A stretch of 44,843 nt of DNA from Reclinomonas americana ATCC 50394 (lineage: Eukaryota): contig PS015061.1 in the NCBI GenBank assembly GCA_048213135.1, forward strand, positions 364,628-409,470, in the 5' to 3' direction. Below are positions 1-10,515 of this stretch, in pieces (position 1 is the first letter of the stretch; every line of letters begins with the position of its first letter). Under the pieces are notes generated by a model. The model was not told the origin of the DNA. It saw nothing but the letters and a program-made list of their open reading frames with translations, and ran no database searches. The translations under genes were made by a program, and so were the position numbers.

Positions 1-1043
1 GTGTTGAGCAGAACGGGGTCGCCAGTGGTGAGCGCACGGGTCAACAGATCGCGATACAACTGCTGCGGAATTTGTACTTGCTGCCCAATGGCACTGAGCA
101 GCAGCCGGTTGGCGTCGGCCGAGCGACCGAGCTTGCTCAGCGCCAAGCACTTGACCACATACGTATGCGCCGTCGGCACCAGGCCCGGCACCTGCTCCAT
201 CTCCTTGTAGGTGCGCACCACCGACTCAAAGTCACCAGCCCGCGAGTACGCATCCATGAGGTTGTTGAAGGTCCACACATTCGGCTGCATCTGTCGCCGC
301 TCAATCTCCTTGAACGCATCGACAGCCGTGTCCACAGACTCGGCCGACGCCGCCAGTCCAATCACGTTGGTCAGCGCATGCACGTTGAGGTTGATCGAGG
401 CATCGGACTTGGAGTCGTGATACATCTTCAGGCCCTCGTCCATGTAGCGACGCGCTTGCCGGAACGCCTGCGTCGATGCCGACAGGATTCTTGCGTCGGC
501 CTGCACTCCACTGTTGCGGAAGCGCATCGCTGCCTCGGCCGCCTGTAAATGCAAGATGCGATCGCGGTGTGAGGAGGCGGAGAGAAAGAGCAAGAGATTC
601 TCCTCCACATAAAAAAACACGCAACAAGACGGTACTTGCGATCCTGCAGCAGCTTGCTGATCTCCTCAAAGGCCACTCGACGCGTCTGATCGACATCCTC
701 TGTGCATGCGCGCGCGTGTGTGAGAAGAGACAGGTGCAGGTGTGCATGTGCATGTCTACACAAGCCCCACTTCGCGTTCTTCCTCCCACGCGCACGACAG
801 GAGGGAGGGAGGGCGCGAGAGCAAGAGAGAGCAACAGGGGTGCAGGGAGACGCAACTGCGACCAGAGCTGCCGGGGGCTTCCTCACTCCGCGCAGTCATC
901 GACCGCGATGCCGAGGTGGCCATGCCGCACAGCGCCACCGTGGCGCCTGTTGTCGCCCACGGATTGCGCGCAAACAGCAGCAGCGACGACGAGGCCGCCC
1001 GCTGCGGCTGACGCAGCACCAGTGCGCCCAGAGAACGCAACAT
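1..1043 (-). CDS. Pentatricopeptide-repeat (PPR) protein, probably mitochondrial; multi-exon, runs off the window start
   Basis: ATG at 1043 gives an Arg/Ser/Leu-rich presequence-like N-terminus (MLRSLGALVLRQPQRAASS). The exon from ~543 down to 1 reads VDTAVDAFKEIERRQMQPNVWTFNNLMDAYSRAGDFESVVRTYKEMEQVPGLVPTAHTY, a typical PPR motif pair. Exon boundaries at ~700-860 are uncertain. Confidence 0.85.
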
Positions 1044-1395
1044 TGTGTTGTGGGACAGTTAACTAGTTTGAGGCAGTGAGTCATGCTTGGTTTGTCGAAC
1101 GTCGCGGCGAGGAAGAGAAGCACGGCGGGAGGCTACGCAGCTGATGCCGACACAAGTAAGAGAGACAGGAGAAGAGTACGTGGTCTGCGCATGGAATCGC
1201 CCAACGTGGGACATTTCTGAACAAACTTCGCACTCTCTCTCTTTCTCTCCAGCGCCAGATCACTTGCAGTTGCATGACTGCGCATTGCGCTCACACGTCG
1301 ATCCGTACGCTGCACAGAACAGCACCCTACTCGCTTCTCTTCCCTCTTCTTCTCGCGGAAACTTCGCGGGACTTGTGCTCAATTTCGTTCTTTCG

Positions 1396-2315
1396 ATGAG
1401 TCGCGGCGGCGAGGAACGCGCCTCGCTGATCAACTCGGCTCACAACGAGCTATTCGAGCAGTACTCTGGCGACTTTAACGAAACACGCGATCAGCTCGAT
1501 GAGGTGCTCAAGAGCATGCGTTCAATGCCTGCCGTCGGTGCGCTCACCACGTGTAACAAACACGCTGTTAGTTGACAACTCTCACACTCACTCGCCCAAC
1601 GCAGACGATCGACGAAGAGCGCTGCAAAAGATCGACAAGCTCGTCGAAGAGTGCGAGGATCTCGTTGCGTCTCTTTTCTCTCTCGTGTGGATGTTCGCGC
1701 GCGCGCTTCTGATCACCACACCTCGACAGCTGTCAAACATGATGCTGGCGGTGCGGAGTCACCCAGTGACGGAGCGTGGACCAATGGGCCAGCGAGTGGC
1801 CATGCATCGCAAGGAGCTGACTGCGCGATTGGACGAGGCGCAACGGCAGCGATCGTCGCGAGCGGCGTTGATGGGCGAGGGTGTGCGTGGAGGAACGAAT
1901 GGCGGTGGCGATGAGGAGCGTGGCAATGCGCGAGATGTGCGAGTGCGACTGCAGCAGCAGAGACGACTGGTGGAGCAGTCGGGGCAAACGCTCGATGAGA
2001 CGCAGCGTGTCGCGGCGGAGACTGAGGAGATCGGTGCCGGCATTCTCAGTTCACTGAAGCAGCAGGGCGAGCGGATTCGTGCCTCGCGACAAGATGTTGC
2101 GTGCTCTCGTCACTTCCCTCTCTCTCTCTCTCTCTCCCTGGCCTGACCCGTCCGCACAGTTGGACGAGGTCAATGCGGGCATCACGCGTGGCGACCGCCT
2201 GCTGGGCTCCATGTCACGGCGACTGGTGACGAACAAGCTCATCATGGTTCTCGTCATCGTCGGTCTCCTCTTCCTCATCGGCATGATCCTCTACTTCCGC
2301 TTCATGCGAAAGTAG
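1396..2315 (+). CDS. VTI1: Vti1-type Qb-SNARE, 4 exons (1396-1537, 1605-1663, 1730-2095, 2160-2315)
   Basis: GT-AG introns join in frame. N-terminal ELFEQYSGDF; SNARE motif LDETQRVAAETEEIGAGILSSLKQQGERI...LDEVNAGITRGDRLLGSMSRR; C-terminal TM anchor NKLIMVLVIVGLLFLIGMILYFRF. Confidence 0.9.
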
Positions 2316-2363
2316 TGCGCCGCCACGCGCGGCACAGGCGGGCAATGTGTGTGGGAGGAATCA

Positions 2364-3701
2364 TCACATGAGCGAGCAGCACTGCGATTTCCGTGCCGCC
2401 TCGCGCTCCTTGTCCCACTCGACGAGCACGTTGGCTAGTCTCCTCTTGGCTGTGCGGGCGAAGGATTATTGTTGTTGTTATTATTATTACTTTTGGGTGA
2501 GTGAGTGAAACAGAATTGTGTGTGTGCGACGTGCTCACCGTCGGGGTGATGCGGCTCCAGCACCAGACTGCGTTGGTAGTCGCGAACGGCCTTTTCGTTG
2601 TCGCCAACCTAAGTTCACACATGCAATGAGAAACAAGTGTGCTCCTCTGCAGCCGCAGTGCTCGCACCATGCCGTACGCCTGCGCGCGGTTGCGGAGGCA
2701 GCCGGCGTTGTCGGGCTCTGCGAGTCACCCACGTGAGGATAATGTTTTCACATCGCACATGATGATGGAGCACCGCACCTAGTTCGAGAGCGCGTGTAAA
2801 GTCTCGCAGTGCCTGCGACGCACACCAAAGAAAGAAGTGAGCAATCCACCGACGAGCGCCCTTCTCTCCCCCACGAGTCGAGCACTACTCTACCAGTGTC
2901 AAATCATCGTCCTCCTGCGTCTCCACGCGCAGCTGACCGCGATTGGCGTAGGCCAACGCACACTGCTGATCCAGCGCAATCGCCTCGTCATAGTCACGCA
3001 TGGCCTCCTCCTCCCGCCCACTCTGATGCAGCGCCACCCCTCGATTGCACAACACCGCAGTGACAGCCGACACGGCGCCTTGTCGCTGCCGAATCACCGT
3101 CAACGCCCTCGTGTACGCGTCCACAGCCTCGGCCAACCGCGGCGGTCGACACAGTGTATGCAGCGTCTCAGCCCACTCCAGCAGCGCCTCCTCGTCCTCC
3201 TCCTGCGGCACATTCCGCACCAGTGCACACGCGCGACCATACGCCGCCGCCGCCTCATCGTACCGCTCGTCGCCATTCAGCTGCTGCGCCAGCTCCACCA
3301 GCACCGCCTTGTGCTTGCGCAGCAGCAGTGGTGCCGGTGCGCTCCCACCAGTCGACGCCGCCGCCAGCACCGCCTCGGCCGACTGCAGATGCGTCACGGC
3401 CTCGCGCGGATGCCGATACCGCGCATGCATTCGTCCCAACGCCACCAACGCGTCCACATCTACACAACATCAGCACCGCTACAATGACTGCATCAGTGAG
3501 AAGAGAAGCAGGCGCAACAGCGTGGATCGTGCTGCACCGCCTGCTTGTACAACTCCAACGCAGTGGCATCGCGCTGTTCCCGCTCGGCCTCGCGTCCCTG
3601 CGCGAACTTCAGCTCTGCCTGCGCGCTGTGGCCTCACACGATAAGATAGACAGACAGAGGGGGCAGAAAGAGTAGAGGCAGACAACGCACTTCGTTGTCA
3701 T
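2364..3701 (-). CDS. TPR-repeat protein with C-terminal CaaX (CCSLM), multi-exon
   Basis: Spliced TPR motifs: ALELYKQAVQHDPRYVDALVALG, VLCNRGVALHQSGREEEAMRDYDEAIALDQQCALAYANRG, ALRDFTRALELEPDNAGCLRNRA, KAVRDYQRSLVLEP. Last exon ends ...RKSQCCSLM-stop at 2364. Confidence 0.8.
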
Positions 3702-3770
3702 CGCGCAATGTGTCGGTTATCCTGTCTCGCAGCGCTTATCGGACGTGGGACGATCTTCCCCTTTCTGACA

Positions 3771-4718
3771 ATGCAACGTGCCGTGATTACGGCTCTTGCA
3801 GCCACTCTGATGTTCGCGCATCGCTGGCCACTCACTGCTGCAGCGACTGCTGGTGCGCATCCGTTCTCCTCCACTGCTGCAGCTGCAGCTGTCTGCGCAA
3901 AGCCGTTGCTGTCGAGCAGCGATATGTGCGATGTCGACTCGATCCAAGGCGATCGAGATCACATGGAAGACACGTATGTGCGGTTTCCGGTGCAGACTAG
4001 AGAGGGTGTTGTTGGTTGCGTGCAAGGAGCGCAGCGATCGCGTTGTGTTCATTCATTGATTGTGTTGGGCACGCGTGTGCAGAGGTGTATGGTGTGTTTG
4101 ATGGGCACGGTGGGCATCGGTGCTCGGACTTTCTCAAGGAGAACGCGCAGAGTGTGTTGACTCGTGTGGTGCAGCAGAAGCCCGAGGCCGCGTTGAAGTT
4201 GCGTGTGGTATGTACATGTGCTTGAGGATTGACTGACTGATTGAGAGATGCTTGCTTGCTGTCAGGGAGCATTTGCGGATGGGCATCATGGAGTTGTCGG
4301 CGGAGTGGTGCACCAAGGCTCGCCAACCGCGCACGCCAACGCGAAGAGACAACGGAGTGCGACCACTCAACGATGGATCCACTGGTGAGTTGATTGCAGC
4401 AGGTTTTGCTGGATCGCAGTATGCCTCCTCATGCTCATTGCACACTTGCGCAGCGATTCTGGTGGCACTGTCGCGCGACCGCAAGAAGTATGTGACTGCC
4501 AATACGGGTGACAGGTACGGCGGCGGTGGCTTGAAGTGTGAGAGTGGGAACAGGTGATTCAAAAGCAGTGCACGCACATGCAGTCGGGCAGTGGTTATCC
4601 GTCGTCGGGCGCCACAGTCGGACTCCGGCGCTGCTGTGGTTGACGATCCACAAGAAGACCTCAACACCAACAAACGCGCCACATTTCTCGGAGGGTGTGT
4701 GATCGCAGCGTGATCCTG

Positions 4719-4752
<34 letters not shown>

Positions 4753-5353
4753 GTCTCTCTCTCTCTCTCTCTCCGTCGTACCGTCGTACGTACGTACGTA
4801 CGTACCGTACCGTACCGTACGTACGTACGTACGTACGTCGTCGTNNNNNNNNNNNNNNNNNNNNNNNNNNNNNNNNNNNNNNNNNNNNNNNNNNNNNNNN
4901 NNNNNNNNNNNNNNNNNNNNNNNNNNNNNNNNNNNNNNNNNNNNNNNNNNNNNNNNNNNNNNNNNNNNNNNNNNNNNNNNNNNNNNNNNNNNNNNNNNNN
5001 NNNNNNNNNNNNNNNNNNNNNNNNNNNNNNNNNNNNNNNNNNNNNNNNNNNNNNNNNNNNNNNNNNNNNNNNNNNNNNNNNNNNNNNNNNNNNNNNNNNN
5101 NNNNNNNNNNNNNNNNNNNNNNNNNNNNNNNNNNNNNNNNNNNNNNNNNNNNNNNNNNNNNNNNNNNNNNNNNNNNNNNNNNNNNNNNNNNNNNNNNNNN
5201 NNNNNNNNNNNNNNNNNNNNNNNNNNNNNNNNNNNNNNNNNACCGTAAACCGTAAACCCGTAAACCGTAAACCCGTAAACCGTAACCGAACCGTAACCGT
5301 ACGTACGTACGTACGTACGTACGGTCGGTCGGTCGTCGTCGTCGTCGTCGTCG

Positions 5354-5421
<68 letters not shown>

Positions 5422-6117
5422 CCCCTGACATGAGAGCGTCAGACCGGCGGTACCACGGCCAGGCGCCAAACCCAACCCACGACTGAAGGTGCATTCGCTG
5501 ACACGAGATCACAAGCCGACATTTCCCGAGGAAGAGAAGCGGATCCGAGCGATGGCTGGTGGAGCGGAGCAGCTGTGGGGCGGGCGGGTGTGTGGTCTGG
5601 CACTATCGCGTGCCATTGGTGACCTTTTCGCCCACCCGTATGGTGCGATGCGCCTCTCCCTGTTTCTGTTTTCTCCGCCCGCTCATACAGTGTGTTGACA
5701 GTGATTGCTGACCCGGACGTGACGGAGTACGATGTGCAACCGGAGGACCTGTGCTTGGTGGTGGCCTCGGACGGCGTGTGGGACGGCTTCCGTGACTATT
5801 ATGCACTGGCCGACTTCTTTGATCAGTACCTGCAGCAAAAAGGCAGCCTCGACGGCGTGGCCAAAGAGCTGGCAAGAGCAACTGCTGGAAACTCTGGTGA
5901 CAATGGTTGCGTGTGTGAGAGGCTGCGCACACCGCTGTCGAATAGTTATTTATCTGACTGCATTTTATCGACTACAGTGACTGTGTTTATCATTGATCCA
6001 CATGCGCCTCCCGCTGCCTCTCCGCCATCTCCTCCTTCGTCGCCGTCGGCGACGACTGTGGAGTCCAAGCCCGCCAGCAGCAATCTTACACCCGGGACAC
6101 TGCGCGCGAAACTGTAG
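3771..6117 (+). CDS. PP2C/PPM protein phosphatase, copy A; multi-exon, one intron spans the assembly gap
   Basis: Spliced motifs QGDRDHMED, VYGVFDGHGG, DGST, ANTGDSRAV, LTRDHKP, GLALSRAIGD, LVVASDGVWD, SGDNVTV. Ends ...TLRAKL-stop. Confidence 0.9.
4845..5241. other. Assembly gap flanked by (CT)n and low-quality (GTAC/CGT)n sequence
   Basis: Run of N. The flanking exons align directly with adjacent exons of PP2C copy B, so the gap is probably entirely intronic. Confidence 0.95.
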
Positions 6118-6278
6118 AACTCGTCGTAGCGAATGCAGCGATGCCGTTTCGCCGCGGAAACAACTCAGGGAGGGACACCTGGCCTGTAGGTACACAGAGC
6201 AGCTAGTGAGGTTCATGTCGATATTTGTTGTGTAAGGTGATGTCTGTCAACTCCGACTCCATCCTCCGTTCTCGCATC

Positions 6279-7921
6279 ATGCAACGCGCCGTGATTACGG
6301 CTCTTGCTGCCCCGTTGATGCATGTGCGTCGCTGGCCACTTGCTGCAGCGGCGACTGTCGGCGTGGCCAGTTCCACTGCGCGTGCGTTCTCCACTGTTTG
6401 TTCTGCTGCCAGCCTGAAGCCGGTGCTGTCGAGTGCCGAGAAGAGTGAGGTCGACTCGATCCAAGGCGATCGAGATTACATGGAGGACACTTACGTGCGC
6501 TTCCCGTTGCATACTAACCAGGGCGTTGTCGGTTGCGTGCCGGAGCGAGGGTGATGACTGTCTTGTGCAACGAGAACTCATTCGGTGTGCAGAGGTGTAT
6601 GGCGTGTTTGATGGGCACTGCGGACATCTGTGCTCGGACTTCCTCAAGGAGAACGCGCAGAGTGTGGTGACACGTGTGGTGCAGGAGAAGCCCGAGGCCA
6701 CGTTGCAGTTGCGATGTGCTGTTCCGTGGCGTTCCGTAAATGTTTGAAGACCGACTGTTGCTGTCAGGGAGCACTTGCGGATGGGCATCATGCAGCTGTC
6801 AGAGGAGTGGTGCATCAAGGCTCGCCTGCCACGCACGCCAGCGCGAAGAGACACCGGGGTGGAACCACTCAAAGATGGATCCACTGGTGAGTTGTTTTCT
6901 GGTCTTGCTTTAATCGCGGTGTTTCAATGCACTCGTATGCAGCGATTCTGTTGGCACTGTCGCGCGACAACAAGAAGTATGTGACACTGGCGACAGGTAC
7001 GGCGGCGGCTTGAAGTGTGTGTGAGAGAACAGGTGAAACTTAGCAGTGTTTTCTGTGCACGCACGTGCATGCGCAGTCGGGCTGTGGTCATCCGTCGTCG
7101 GCTGCCCGGTGCTGATGTGATTGACGATCCACGAGAAGACATCAACACTAACGTAAGCGACTCGGTTCTTCGTGGGTGCGTGCTCGTGGTGTTTTTTGCG
7201 TTGAATTCTCTCCCCAGCTGTCAACGATCTCTCACATGAAAGTGCAGACCGGCGGTGCCTTATGAATGGCTAGGAGAGCAAGCCGAACCCAACCCACGAC
7301 TGAAGGTACATTCGCTTACACGAGATCACAAGCCGACATTCCCCGAGGAAGACACGCGGATCCGAGCTATTCCTGGTGGCGCGAAGCAGCTGCGGGGCGG
7401 GCGGGTGTGTGGTCTGGCACTGTCGCGTACCATCGGTGACATATACGCCCACCCGTACGGTGAGATTGCCTCTCCCTAATTCTGTTACTCTTTGTACTCT
7501 TAAAGTAAGTTGGCAGCGATTCCTGACCCGGACTTGACGGAGTACAATGTGCAGCCGGAAGACCTGTGCTTGGTGGTGGCCTCGGATGGCGTGTGGGACG
7601 GCTTCCGTGACTATTACGCGATGGCCGACTTCTTTGATCAGTACCTGCAGCAAAAAGGCAGCCTCGACGGCGTGGCCAAGGAGCTCGCACAGGTCACCGG
7701 GAGAGGATCGTACGACAACGGTTGCGCGTGTGTGTGACAGGATGTGCACCATTGCCCCACGCAGCTGACTACATCTATCGACTGCAGTGACTGCGTTTAT
7801 CATCGATCCGCACACGTCTTCTTTGTCGCCATCGGCGGCGGCAGCCGCGGAGCCGCAGTCAAAGTCGAAGGCCAAGGCTACCACCTCTCGGATTCGCAAG
7901 ACTCGAAGCGCGAAAGCGTAG
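6279..7921 (+). pseudogene. PP2C tandem duplicate, copy B, with a 7-nt frameshifting deletion in the ANxGDSR motif
   Basis: Same exon-intron layout as copy A and high similarity to it. At ~6978-6996 it has tatgtgacactggcgacag (19 nt) where copy A has tatgtgactgccaatacgggtgacag (26 nt). Could also be an assembly error. Confidence 0.65.
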
Positions 7922-8490
7922 AGTGCTGCAGGAAACGCAACTCAAACAACTCCTGGCCTGTCGGTAACGCAGAGTATATATCTGAAGTGAGTCGTTTGTA
8001 AGGTTATAGATCGAGTCTGATCACTCTTCACACTTCACATGCACGTGGTAGCAACAAAGACGAGCAGCTTCACACTGGTGTGGCATCCGTTCTCGCCTGT
8101 GCACGTGCATGCGCAGCTTGCAGTTAACGTTTCTGATCCGGATCCGATCCCGTCACAATTTGCGCCGGTGATGCACGTCGGCACTTCGCAGAACTCCACA
8201 TTAGCATGCCAATCGGCCCCTTCTCCACCCCACCCACGCACAGCGACCGCCAAATTTGCATCACGTTGCCGGAAGAATTTGAAGGCCGTCAAAGAAGTGT
8301 GTCCCGCACGCAGACCACCGTCACACACACCGCCGCTCGCGCACCGCCCAACGCCACCACCGTTTCCACCGTGGGGTCCTATCAGTCCGCCCCGCTCGAC
8401 TTTCCCGTCGATCTTTTCCCCGCTCCCGGCCGCGCGACATCGCCCGCACATCTCCACCACCAAACCACCGACCCAACACCACTCCTCCTC

Positions 8491-9949
8491 ATGTCAGCCG
8501 CAGAGCCAATACCACCATCGTCAGATGACAGCACAGCTCCACCAGTAGCAGCAGCAGCAGCACAACCACCACCATCAGCCGCAGCCGCCGCCTCATCAAC
8601 AGATCATGCATCTCCCGCCTCGGAAGCACCCAAATCACCGGCACAACCCGGCCCGCGTGCCGTACGGTCGATTGGCTTTGCCGAGGATGCAAACCCACGG
8701 TGAATGCCCACTCTTCCTCTCTTCCTCTCTTCCTCTGCTCACTGGCGCGGGCGTGCAGGTTCCGGCGAACAATGGAAGACGCTCACCAAGGTGTGTGTGT
8801 GGAGTTGTGTTTGCACATCGACGGGACATCTGCCAACAAAACACACGCTCTCTCTCTCCTTTGCACACACAGTGATTGACTGCTTTGCGGGGAAGGACAC
8901 GGATGCGTACTTTGCAGTCTACGATGGCCACGTTTCGTCAACCAGCGAGTAAGCGAGCGAGACTGAATCTCACACTCGTTTCACACACACTCACACAGGG
9001 TGGTGCCGATGCGGCGAACTTGGTCAGCGAGACACTGCATGCGGTGCGTGTTCTGCGTGTGCGATGTGTGCTGTGTGTGTGTGTCGATCTGACAGCAAAT
9101 CAATGGCAGATCTTTGAGGCGGAAATGCGTGAGAAGGACGACCCGGAGGAGGCGCTGTGCACGGCCTACGCCAAGACCGACGACAAGCTGGAGGAGCAAG
9201 ACATGTTGTACCTGGGCACCACAGCCGTCACATGGTGTGTATTTTATTTCGCGCGTGTCTCCCCTGTTTTTCCTCCGCGGCACGTCTGCCCCTTACGCTC
9301 CTGTTTCAGTTTCTTGCGGGTGACGGAGGACGGCGACAAGCTGCTGTATACGGCCAATGCGGGCGATGCGCGTGCAGTGTTGGGGTGAGGCAATCGATTG
9401 TGTGTGTGTTACACAGCGAGTGGCTGACTCGTTTTTGGCAGTCGCGACGGCAAGGCCGAGCGCCTGTCGTACGACCACAAGGCGTCGGACGCGTCGGAGA
9501 TTGAGCGAGTCAAGGCGGCCGATGGCTTTGTGGGTGCGTCGTCGGCTCGCTCCCCCGGCATTGGAGGTCGCACTCTCACTCGTGAACTGTGCGCAGGCAA
9601 TGGTCGTGTCAACGGTTTCCTGTCGGTGTCTCGTGCACTCGGCGACCACTCGATGAAGAAGTGGGTGATTTCGGAGCCGTATGTCACCACCGTGAAGATC
9701 AATCCCGCAGAGCGCAACATTCTCATTGTGGCCTGCGATGGGGTGCGTCTCTCGTTTATGTCTCTCTCTCTCACTCAGCACTCGACTCACACTTGGCACA
9801 CACAGCTGTGGGACGTGCTCAGCGATGCGGATGCCATCGAGTTCGCCTCGACCTTTGAGGATGCGCAAGCGGCCGCGAGTGCGCTAGTCACCAAGGCCCT
9901 GCAGGAGGGCTCCACGGACAACGTCTCCGTAATTGTTGTGTTCATCTAA
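8491..9949 (+). CDS. PP2C phosphatase, Ptc1-like; multi-exon
   Basis: Spliced: GFAEDANPRFRRTMEDAH, FAVYDGHGG, LGTTAVT, LYTANAGDARAVL, LSYDHKASDASEIERV, RVNGFLSVSRALGD, IVACDGLWDV, GSTDNVSVIVV. Confidence 0.92.
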
Positions 9950-10226
9950 GCTTGCACTTCTGTTCCTCCATGTCTCTCTGTTTTTTTGGCCGACGATAGC
10001 TATCGGCCTCCCGTCTGTCTGTATTCTCTTTCTTTCTCTTTCTCTTGTGCTCTCCGCCTGGCCATCTCTTCCGCCCGCGCGTCCTCGGTCGTCTCGTGGA
10101 TGGTCGTCATCGTATTGTCGTTGTTGTCGGTATAGTGGTGTGGTTTCTCGTTTCTTGTACACAATGCTGATAGTATGTCGTCGTTGACGATAATGGTGAC
10201 AACAACCGACAAGTTGGATGGTGACG

Positions 10227-10257
<31 letters not shown>

Positions 10258-10515
10258 TGTCGGTTGCAGTGGTCGGTGGCTGTGGCGGTGACGGGGGTGG
10301 TGCATGTTTTTTCCTTCTCCCGTCGACCTCGTTTTCCTCATTCTTTTTCTCCTCATTGTGTGTTCCCACGAATGTACGACAGTGTGGTTGCGTACACAAT
10401 ATGTTCACGGATTTTTTTACTGCCACGACAAAAAATAATATCTGAAACATCATTGACAAAACAAGAAAGAGACCGGAACGACGGACGCGATACGTATGCG
10501 CGTCGTCGTCGTCGG

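Noticed and set aside
1664-1729. Non-canonical TT-AG introns as an explanation of the GTTGCG sites
   Set aside because: Cutting after the G shifts the frame; cutting at GT keeps it in the cases I checked.
4721-5420. (GTAC)n, (CGT)n and CCGTAAA repeats around the gap that look telomeric or palindromic
   Set aside because: They sit directly against the N run and resemble low-quality read ends (TACG flow-order artefacts) after a CT microsatellite. ORFs through them are meaningless.
9950-10515. ORFs and GGC/GTC-type triplet runs between the Ptc1-like gene and kinesin-like gene 1
   Set aside because: Low-complexity convergent 3' UTR sequence with no coding signal.
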